Shown piece by piece: positions 28,074 to 39,000 of a DNA stretch of 64,000 nucleotides. How positions within the stretch are numbered: position 1 is the stretch's first letter; the number at the start of each line of letters is the position of its first letter. Made by a program: the position numbers and the translations under genes. The stretch comes from Heterodontus francisci (Eukaryota): positions 13,741,344 through 13,805,343 of the forward strand of contig NC_090417.1 of the NCBI RefSeq assembly GCF_036365525.1, read 5' to 3'. Below the pieces are notes generated by a model. It saw only the letters and a program-made list of their open reading frames with translations. It ran no database searches and was not told the origin of the DNA.

Positions 28074-28141
28074 CTACACGGCTATTACATCAAATTCTAT
28101 ATCTAATCCACCCTAAACATGTCCGAGTACACCTGACCGCA
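28074..28141. repeat. Junction copy: right end + AAA + left end of the 29172-29408 unit
   Basis: 28074-28117 matches 29365-29408 at 42/44; 28115-28141 matches 29172-29198 at 26/27. Confidence 0.9.
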
Positions 28142-28911
28142 TAATTGAAAAAAAATGTGGCAGTACCTGCCTTTTGGCACTGCACGGTCCTGGAGATGCT
28201 CCCCAAGAAATGGACACCATCCCCACACCACAGTGACCTCCCACTTTGAAGGACGTTGTGAGGTGTACAGCCAAGCAGAGGCTTGCCTGCTTTTGTGCAC
28301 CCCACCCCCACTTCAATGATTAGAGAGAGTTAATCTGATGGCAGTTCTGCAGCCTGTTCTGAACACACTCAGAAGCACGAGACTCCACTGCCCGCCTTTG
28401 GCACAGCATTGCTAATTCAAACCTCCCTGTCCGTAATATATAGTTGAGCTGACTGACAACGTATTAAGATTAATTGAGCACAGATACAGGCCAATTGTAG
28501 AAAATCGGTACGGAGTTAACAGATCCCATCTCGGCTGCAATAGATGCATAACAGTTCATCTCATTGTCCTTGGGTTAGAGGACAGTAGGTTAGCCAGAGT
28601 TCCTGGTAACTGTCCAGTATGTCTGTATGGACACTGGGGATGGAGGGCTGAATCGGCCTTTGCTGTGATGCCCTTTGTAGCAGAGTAGTGCTGACACCGT
28701 CCACTCCTGCCGATGAAGAACAGCCACGAGGCTGAGGTACCAGAGGAAGCCTGCAGCTCTTGGAACCAGCTCAGAAAAGGAATCACTGACTCCCCAAAAG
28801 GTGGACTGAACAAACTCAATTTGCAGTAGTTCTCTTGCCAAACCTTAACATGATGCCTTAGTTAAGATTACAGATAATATCTAAATACTACTCAAGTGTA
28901 TTTACTATTCC

Positions 28912-28915
<4 letters not shown>

Positions 28916-28950
<35 letters not shown>

Positions 28951-28961
28951 ATATATATATA
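28916..28961. repeat. (TA)n microsatellite
   Basis: Direct reading. Confidence 0.9.
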
Positions 28962-29171
28962 GATACTATAGTTCTGTCAAAGTTTACATTTGCCTGACTA
29001 ATTGATGGAGATAGTGTGGTGTGTTTCATGGAGATATTTGTCTTAAAAGGGACCGGATCACCCTTGAAAATTTCAACAGAAACAGACAATGATTTTAGCA
29101 GTGGTACAATGTCACCAAGTTTAAATAATTTGCGATAAACGACATGCCATCTGGGGAATTCTGTCCCTCCG

Positions 29172-29408
29172 AAACATGTCCGAGTACACCTTACCGCAGA
29201 AGATTCTCGAATCTCCGCTCTCCCTGTTGTAATCGCTACTTGTTTCTACTAGTCTCTTCTATCTACTCGAATACAGCCAGTGTAAACTTCATATTCTAAG
29301 CTTCTTCAGCTAGCTCAGGAAGCCCTACTACGAATGCAAATGTAAAACTGCATGTTTTTCAAAACTACACGGCCATGACATCAAATTCTATATCTAATCC
29401 ACCCTAAA
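29172..29408. other. 237-bp AAA-bounded non-coding unit whose joined ends recur at 28074-28141
   Basis: Terminal matches as listed for 28074-28141; all six reading frames contain stops. Confidence 0.75.
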
Positions 29409-29917
29409 GCATACATTCGGGCTCATGAGCAAGTAACTGTGGAAAGTCAGTCAGACCCATCATACGAGACTCCTGTGCTGGTGCACAATAGGCTCAGATT
29501 GGTATGCTACTGGACGAAAATCCATGATTTATGCACAGTTCAGATTCAGCCTCACAACTGCTCAATTGCTTTGCATTTCAAACAGCAATGGTGAATCTTT
29601 TGTTTTAAAAAAGCTATTTGTGTGTATGTGGGTTTGATGGTTAATCATGGACTCAGCACATCAGTGGCCATCACAGCTTTTAACCTTCTAACAACTGGCT
29701 GAGAGCCCATGATTAAACTCAAGCCTACTTAGTAATTATTGCGTCAACCAGTACTTTGCTACTTTGCTTTGTGTCTGAAGGGATTTGGACCTCTTGATTA
29801 CATAAAGAAATTGCTGGTAGGATGCTAGCTTGGACGCACTGTGTTTGAGAGGAAGGTCACAGGCTGGATCAATCCTCAGGCTGTTTCGCTGCAACCGCTT
29901 CAGTGAACTCCCCAGTC

Positions 29918-30041
29918 CTATGCCCCAGCCGGGAGTGCACCTTTTTGCATCAGGTTGGCCTTCAGGCTCTTGTATATCTGTAGCTGTTGGTCCAGGCGGA
30001 GGGCTAGTAGTTGCTGCAGCAGTTTACTGGGATTTGGGCCC
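29918..30041 (-). CDS. CDS2: CDS2 exon 13 coding part ([40 protein letters not shown])
   Basis: AG acceptor after a pyrimidine tract; TAG stop at 29918-29920. Confidence 0.94.
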
Positions 30042-33000
30042 CTATCAAGAAAGAGAGAGATAGAGAGACATATCAACACAGACCCATTCGAAACTCCACT
30101 TCTAAAGGAGTTCTTTTCAAGCTAGACTCACCTAGAGGTGGAAAACGGCCCACTGGGAGAAGAAAAAGACTTGCATATATAGTGCCTTTCACAGGATTTC
30201 CCTCAGCGCTTTACAGCCAATGAATTCCTTCTGAATTATAGTCACTGCTGTAATGTAGACAACGCAGCAACCAATTCGCAAACAGCAATGTGAAAATGAT
30301 CAGTTAATCTGCTTTTTTAAGTGATGTTGTTTGAGGAATAAACACTGGTGAGAACTCCCTTCTGTTATTTAAAATAGTGCCATGCGATCTTTTATTTTCA
30401 GCTCGGAGAGCAGACGGAGCCTCGGTTTAATGTCTTACCCAAAAGGTGGCCTCAGCACTCCGTCGGTTTGCACTGGGAGTGTCAGCTGAGATTTTTGTGC
30501 TCAAGTCTCCAGAGTGGGACTTGAGCCCACATCCTTCTGACTCGAGGGAAGAGTGCAACCAACGGATTCATGGCTGACACCACAGGAGCTCGCAAAGGGA
30601 AACTGCACACATCCCATGATTCATCGTCCACTGATGGGCATGGAATGCAGATGCTCCATTCTGACAGTTGTTACTGCTAGGTATGTTTCAAGCGCAAGCA
30701 GTCGGCCATTGGAAAATTTACCCTCCAATTTATCCAGGCAGTTGCACAGTGCAGAAACACCAACTTGCATTGATACAGGACCTTTATCGTAGGAAAATGC
30801 TCCAAGGAGTTTCACAGGCGCGTAAACAGATGTCTAGAATTGACACGAGCTAACAAAGGTGATATTAAGAGAGGCACCTGAATCATTAAGTAAGGGAGCG
30901 ATCTGATGAAGAGGAGGGGTTTAGGGAAGGGAATTCCAGGGCTTGGGCCCTTGATGGCTGAAGGCACACTCTCAAACAGCAGGGTCAAGAATAAGAGCGG
31001 CACAGTGGCGTAGTGGTTAGCACCGCAGCCTCACAGCTCCAGGGACCCGGGTTCGATTCTGGGTACTGCCTGTGCGGTGTTTGCAAGTTCTCCCTGTGAC
31101 CGCGTGGGTTTTCGCCGGGTGCTCCGGTTTCCTCCCACAGCCAAAGACTTGCAGGTAAATTGGCCATTGTAAATTGCCCCTAGTGTAGGTAGGTGGTAGG
31201 GAATATGGGATTACTGCAGGGTTAATATAAATGGGTGGTTGTTGGTCGGCACAGACTCGGTGGGCTGAAGAGCCTGTTTCAGTGCTGTATCTCTAAATAA
31301 AAAAATAAATAAATAAAGAGGTCAGAGTTGGAGAAAGCGAGATCTCGAAGGATGAAAGCCAGAAGAGGTTACAGAATTAGGCAGGGGCAAGACATAAAGG
31401 ACAGTAACAACTTAGTCATTGCACCCACAACCACTCAACTGACAGCACTGAAAGATGACAGTCCTTTCTCTCAGCACTTCATGGTCGAAGTATGCTTTTG
31501 TTCCACACAGCAATCATGTCCGTTTGAGCACTGGGGTGTTACATAATTGCAAGTTAAATAGATTTACCTAGCGCCTTATCTCAAAACGCCTCACAGCCAA
31601 TGAATTCCCTTTAGAAGGTTAAACCTACCTACTTTGAGTGCTCATTGTCACTACAAGGAGCTGTAGCTCAGAATCAGTGGAAGTCTTTTACCTGATAAAG
31701 CTGGCAATGTAGACATTCACAAAGGTCGCCATAAGATATTGGCAATCGAAGCGGTCCATAATCCCACCATGTCCGGGTATGGTGTCAGCAAAGTCCTGGG
31801 AAGAAAAAAAAAATGGCCAATTCGATCACGCCAATATCACATTTTCCTTGCTGTTACCAGCCATCTGCTGGAAGAATAAGTCATCGGAAGAGCAAGCGCT
31901 GACTGAAATTGTGCAAATGTCTCAGTTTGCTTTTTAAATCGTGAACGACCTATAAAATACATTGTTGTGTTCAAAATTGCTGCAGCAGTCATCGTAGTCC
32001 CTAACTAAATCAATGACTTCTAGCAGGGAGACCTTTGTGAGATCCCCTCCTGCAGATGTATCTTTCAGCCATCTTAACCAAGACTGACTGGCTCCTCCGA
32101 AAGGGTTAGGGATTATTCGAGGAAAAAAGTGGGGTTTTGATAATACAGTGCTATGGAACCATTGATGGGAGCACTCTTGGTTTTCCACGTGGCCATTCCA
32201 ACCCCTGATAGTGGGGCGGATTTCATTCAGCAGTTTTTCACAACATTCTTAAGAAAAGATGCTTTCAGTGTCCAGGTAAACACAAGGCACCTTGAAGAAG
32301 ATAACAAAGAGGAGCAGGAGTTGGCCATGTGACCATACGCTGTGCCATTCAGTAAGATCATGGCAGGTCTTCCACTTCAACTCCCCTTTCCCGCCCTGCC
32401 CCATGCTCCTTCATCCCCTTAATGTCCCAAAAGTTTCAATGATCTCAGTCTTGAATATACTGAAAGACTGAGACTCACAGCCTTCTGGGGGAGAGAATTC
32501 CAAAGATTCACAACTCTCAGTCAAGAAATTTCTCCTCATCTCAGTCCAAAATGGCCGACCCCTTATCCTGTGACTGTGACCCCTCGTTCTCAACTCACCA
32601 GGCAGGGGAAATACCCGAGAAGCATTTATCCTGTCAAGCCCCTTAAGAATTTTATATGTTTCAACAAAATCACCTTTCATCTTCTGAACTCTGGAGACTT
32701 TATAAAATGTTTTGGGAACAGCAGTTGCAATGGAACAGTGTGTACGGTTGAAAATACATGTTACACATACGAGTCAGTACCAGTTACAAACAAGCGTTGC
32801 ATCTGACAGAGATAACATCACAAGTGGTGCCCAGGAACCATAAAGTAGAGCTGTGGGAACTTGTGTTAAGCACCAAGGTGGTGAAATTCTTCCCACTGCT
32901 AATTTTACCAATTGTCAGATTAGTAGTTAACAACAAACCCCACTTTGTACTCGGTTCAACTTCTGTACTTATCGAGATTATCGACAGGAAGGATTTCACC

Positions 33001-36000
33001 TCTCAAGTAACTTTGCCATTTGAGCTCCTCATTAAAAATAATCCACATCATTGCCATGGGGAACTTTTCTCCTCCAAACCACATGCCCTCATCTTCCAGG
33101 CTGAGTGGCATCTATACCAGGAGGGCAAGTGGCTGCTGCTGTTCGGAGGCTCAGGATGGCAGTCCAGGAACAACCCTCTCATTTTCTCTTCATCACTGCA
33201 TGCTCCCATTGCATGGAGCTGGAATATTTAAAAAAGGTAAAATTTGCAGGGCAACAGGGAAAGAGCAGGGAGTGAGACTAATTGGATCACTCTTCCAAAA
33301 GAGACGGCACACACGTGATGGGCCGATAGGGATGAATGAGTTCAATTTGTGGCGAGATCAGAGAATCTTGGACTGTCCTCTTCAGAGCAGAGACAGTGAA
33401 GAGGAAACTTCCTAGAGGTATTCAAAATTATTACAAGTTGTGATGGAGCAAGTCAGGAAAAGTGTTTCCTCTGGCAAGGGTTGGTAGCCTCAAGTCGTAG
33501 ATTGAAAATAACTGGGTTAAGGTATGGAATGCATGAACTGGAAGTGTGGCAGAATCAGATTCCATAGCAACTTTCAAAAGGCAATTGGGCTCATAGTTGA
33601 CTAATTTGCAGGGTTATGAGGAAAACAATTTGGGGGATGGGATCGAACTTTAAAAGAGCCCGCAGAGGCATGACAGACTGCACGGGCTGCCATCTGTGTT
33701 GTAAGATTCTATGATTCTAACGGCCTCTTTGTGTGCTGATGATTTGATGGGTGCATCTCTTGCTGTGCATGGCTGCTCCGAAACGTTGCACCATCTCTCC
33801 TGTTTGCCCCAAACCATAGCCGCCAAGCCAAAGACTAAAAATACCTTGATCTTGAATGCTCTCTTGAAACCACTGGCAAAGAATCCTCCAAATGGGCTGA
33901 TCAGTGAAGCAAAGGTGGAAAGGGCAATGCTGTGAATCTGGAATGGGTAGAGCCGGATAGTTTCCTATTGGAATCAGACAAGAGAAAGCACAAATAATTC
34001 ACGGATAACAATTTTTGCCCTTTCAAGTTTGAATATTTAGCTTTAAGGGGCTGATTTTCTGAGCCTTGTTCACCACACCCACACCCACACCCACACACAC
34101 ACACGAATTTGCAGGCAGGTTCATTTCTGTCCTGTCAGGTTGATGGATTAGAAAAGACTGCCCAGCAGCACAAAGACAAAAGATCAGCCCTCAAAACTTG
34201 ACAAACTGACAAAACTATTGTGCACATACCCAGCCTATAATGGATTGGAGAAGAGAGGGGATTGTGTAATCTTGCAGTTGGAACAGCTCTGGTGGTTCAC
34301 AGTCCACAGTGAAACTGTTTGCATCATTGTTGAACTCAAATGGGCAGACAAAGTATTTGTAACCTGACATCACGTAGGAAAGCTGCAAGAAGAGAGATGG
34401 CAATGAATAAAAACAGCAGGCCAGCATGAAGGTTCAGGAAAAGGCACAGATGTGTTGCAATACCACCAGCTTAACTGAACTAACCCCCCTTCCAACCAGA
34501 GATCCTTTCGTGCCTGGATCCATTTAGTTTCAAGCTGTTTAACAATGGTCTTAACTTGTCTTGAGGCAGGCACGTTAACAGTAGATTGAGTACCGCAAAC
34601 GTGTGACTGTAAGTGACCTAGCCCGACATTGCCTCCTGCGTCATGTATTATACAACCAACCCAGACAAACCTCCTCAGAATCATAGAATGATGAAGCACA
34701 GAAGGCCATTCAGCCCAAGGTGTGTGTCAGCTCTTTCAAAAGCAATCCAATTAGTCCCGCTTCCCCCAAATGTTTCCTTTTTGAATATTTATACAATTCC
34801 ATTTTTGAAAGGTACTACTAAATCTGCTTCCACCACCTGTTCAGGCAGTACATTCCAGATCACAACAACTCACTGCAGAAAAAAATTCTCCTTGTCTCTC
34901 ATTCGTCTACCAATTGCCTTAAATCTGTGTCCTCTAGTCCTGGACCCTTCAGCCAGTGGAAACAGTTTCTCCTAATTTACTCTCAAAACCCGACCTGATT
35001 TTAACACCTCTATTAAATCGCCTCTTAACCTTCTCAGTTCAAAGGAGAACAACAGTTTCTCTCGGCTCTCCATGTAACTGAGATCCCTCATCCCTCAAAC
35101 CATTCTAGTAAATCTCTCCAAGACCTTCCCATTCATCCTGAAGTGTGGACACAGCACACAGCTGTAGCTAAACAGCAATCGATAAAGATTGGGGAAATTG
35201 CAAGTGCAAATCGACAATCCTCTTGTTCAATGGCTCAATATAGCAGCCCCACTGTGTAGCAATACACAACTTGCATTCTGCATGTTCCTACACTGAGCAA
35301 TCACACCTCATTTCGAACCCTTTATGAATTTGCACACCTCTCCTATTTACTTGCTCTGTTCAAAAGAGAACAACCCCAGCAACTCAAGTCCTTCAATTCT
35401 GGTCCCATTCTCATAAATCTCCTCTGCACCCTTTCTAAGTCCCCCTTTTTTTCCCAGAAAAGGAGACTAAATGGTCTCCAGCATTGTCTTTCAAGTCCAA
35501 CTCTTAGCTCGGTGAGTAAGTGACTTGTGCCTATACCTCTCAAAGTGGAAGGGAGAAATTCAGAGAGAAACATTTTCTCCACATCTTCCAAAGCCGATTT
35601 TACTGGCTATGGCATTCTGTGTGTTGTTGCTGCTGCTTTTCTCAGGTACCCGGTTTAACATTGAGACGTCCTGATTAAAAAGGGGCAGTTGAGAGACAGG
35701 ATCGGATAAACAATTGGGAGTGGCTCCATGCTTGTCATTCTGACCCTGTACAAGTGATCATTTTGTTGACTCTCACCAAACCGCCAAATAAAACAGTTGC
35801 GAAAAATCCTCCGATAAATCCTTCCCATGTCTTCTTGGGTGAAAGCTGTAAAAACACAAACACATCTGATAATCAGATCATTTTTACTACAATAGAAAAC
35901 TGAAAGGGTGATAACATTTTGTGACTTGGTCTTTCAAATTCCCATAGTTTAGCAGAAACTGCTTTGCAATCATAAGTGGACACGCGTACCGACAGGAAAG

Positions 36001-39000
36001 GTGAATGTGATGCCACTGTGTCATCCAGCTGTGTGACAGAATGGCCAGACGTCTGGCTGTCCTCTCTCTCCCTCTGCCCTCACACCCACCACGTCTCATC
36101 CTATTTGGTCCCGATCTCGGCCAGGGTGAACCTGAGTTCAGTCACGGCAAGTGCAAAGAAGTGGAGGCCATTCACACCACCTCCGTCACCCCTTCCACAG
36201 AAACCTACGATTCCCTTTACAATAGCATCCAATACTTCTTATATGACTCCAGAACACTTGCCTTCCGCACCCTGGCTGAAAACCATTCAAGTGCTGCGTT
36301 TGTTTGAAATGCTTCCCGACGTCAGTCCTGAACTTGGCTGTTACCGATTTGTCCCTCTGTCTTGTACTCATGGTTGAACCTCAGGAGGATTAATGGGATC
36401 CATTTCACTTAGTATCTCACATGCCTCAAGGAGGTCTCTCAGTTACCTCATCTCAAGGCAGAAAACTTCAAGTTCTTCTAACTTCCCTTTGTGACCAAGT
36501 ATTTCCAGCACAGAAACAGGCCAGTCAATCCAACAGATCCATACTCCACCCCTCTTCATCTCACCCCAGCAACATCTCCTTCTCTCCCTCAAGCTTCCCC
36601 TTAAATGCATCCAGATCATTTGCTTCAACTACTCCATGTCGTAGCAAATTCCATCAGAGTCCTCTCAGACCAGGGATCAGCTTAGTGCTCTTTCTCTACA
36701 CAGTTTCCAGGGCGAGCATTTAGTTGTGTTTCAGTAACTGCTGGCTGCAGCACCAAACACTCTCATCTGGCAATATGCCCTCTCCCCAAGCAAGTTCAAC
36801 ACTTGCCTTTTTTTGCCCCAACCCGAAAAGCCTTGCTCTTAACTATTCTATTTCATGGGCCCACTATTATATTATTTTCAGAGCCTCTGTTACTCCTTCA
36901 CTGCTTCATCAGGTTCTACCAGTTTAGCAGCTGTAAATTTGATCAACTAACATTGCATCATTGGGTGACGACAATTCACATTGCGGCCTGACTTCCGCAC
37001 TGGCTTTTCGATTCATTGTTCGCTGCACAGAGATTTGTTGGAAAGCCATTTACTCTCGTGCCAGCATCAAGCATTCCCAGGTCAAATAGAGAATAATTGT
37101 CACATGAAGCTCTGCCTACTCTACTCCACCACATGCCTCAGTGTTCACCAGAAGAAGACTCCTTCTGTACCTGGGTGCCATTTTCCAGGCCAACTATCCT
37201 GTGGCCTCCTTGCAGTGAAGTCACCAAGTCAATGCAAACTAGTCCTGAAGTGGCTACTTGTATTATTGCTGGAGTTCAAAACAAAAACTCCAAGTTTCTC
37301 TGTGAGATGTGACAGATAATGTCTCGTCGTCTCCCCAACTGACCTTGATGAGTGGAGTTCGCCCGAAGAAGAATCCAAACATGTAGGCCATGATGTCATT
37401 GCAGATCACGCAGGAAATGGGCACAATGAACCTGAGAAGCAAGAAGAATGGTCAAAGATAAAACAACATTTGGGCGACACAAAGACACCTGCATCTTTCA
37501 GCCACTTGGAGCCCAAGCCATTCATCTTGAGCCACCAGAAGCAGCAGCTGATAATTCTATTCTGAATGAGGCAGCACTCTGTGAAGCTCTGTCCATTACT
37601 GTAAACTGCAGCAATCTGTCAATGGAACTCACAACATTTTTATTGTCGGCCTTCAGGTACCAGGACTGCATTACTCAATCGGAGACCCACAACCAAGGCT
37701 GTCCCCAGTTTACCCTGCAGCGGGCTGGCTCCAATGTAAGCTTGCAAGAAAACCAACAGGGGCAAAGGCCTGCATTTGTTCTACCTCCGATAACAGCTCT
37801 TGGGACCCATAATAAGACAGGATCAGGGCTCAACTGGAGGTTTAATGTTCATGTGCCTTATACTGAAGAGTGCCTAAAGACTTATGGCCTTAGAAACAGT
37901 GCTTTAGCAACAAGAATCTTCAATATTTGTTGAGCATGGAGTCCCAGTAATGCCCACATGTGCTGAGACATGGTTTGGTGTTTCCACATAACAGGATAAT
38001 TGAACAATGAAATGTGCTAGTGGGACCTTGTGGTAACATCATTCCTGCAACACCTTTAACGCTTGTGCTTTAAACAAGATGCTCAGCAACAGCCAATCCC
38101 CGAAGTAAAGTGAGAAACTAATATCACTGTAAAGCAAGATGGCTGATTGTGCACAGCTCAAGATGACCAAAGTGCCACGTTATCAGTCAATGATTTCCAA
38201 AGTAATTCATTGTGTGAAGTGCTCGGAGATATATCAACAATGCCATAAGGCTCTACGCAAATGCATACGTTTCTCTTAACACTGATGATGATGTACAAGA
38301 GCTGAAAAATCCCACACAAAGAAAACCCATGATGGAGAAAGGTTGAATTTGGCAAAAGTGTGGGCAAATGAAATTGTGCCAACTGTTAAAATGGCTGACG
38401 TTTACACACACAATTTAACCAAGAATGGACAAACGAAGAAAATACTGAGTTGTCACATACCAAATCATTCCCTCAAAGAGGTTGTGGATGATGAGATGAG
38501 ATTGAGTAACTACAATCAGCAACGTCACATGGGTCCAGCCGAACTGTGAAGGAACAATGGACATGAGGTAAACCGCTGGGGAGGGTTAGAAAATCAGACA
38601 AGCTTACAAATATTTAAACCAATTAAAATTTAAACAAGTGAGAATTGAACAGGCCATAAACTGGGGTTCCAAGTAGGCAACACAGCATCTCAATAAAGCT
38701 GCTACAGGCACTGGGACTGAACCCTGGCAAGACTGATCATCCTTTGAAGGTGGAATGAGTATCAGAACTTAGGATGTAGGAAGGTGCATGAATTAGGCAA
38801 CTGTGCCTGTCTTCTGACACTACTGAATGGTTGGCATGGATACTGGGATCAGCTCCGTGCCCAAGAAACATCGAATGTGGAAGAGAGACTGGTCTTGGTG
38901 GGTGATTATTCTTTCTCACTCTGCCCCATTCCATTACCCCAGCAAAACAAAATCCACTTAGGGCAAGAGTCAGTCAGGTTCGCCTGTGTCCCTCCCCACA

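Larger units (their letters stand above)
23230..29917 (-). other. CDS2: Putative long CDS2 3'UTR (about 6.7 kb)
   Basis: Nearly free of transposons, with many T/A runs. Ends near a minus-strand AATAAA at 23244-23249, beyond which transposon sequence resumes. Confidence 0.6.

Noticed and set aside
29175-29408. Endless ORF on the 234-nt circle (length divisible by 3)
   Set aside because: All six frames contain stop codons; the ATG ORF at the left end gives only MSEYTLPQKILESPLSLL*.
30997-31075. tRNA gene
   Set aside because: A and B boxes run into a V-domain and LINE-like tail, so this is a SINE head.
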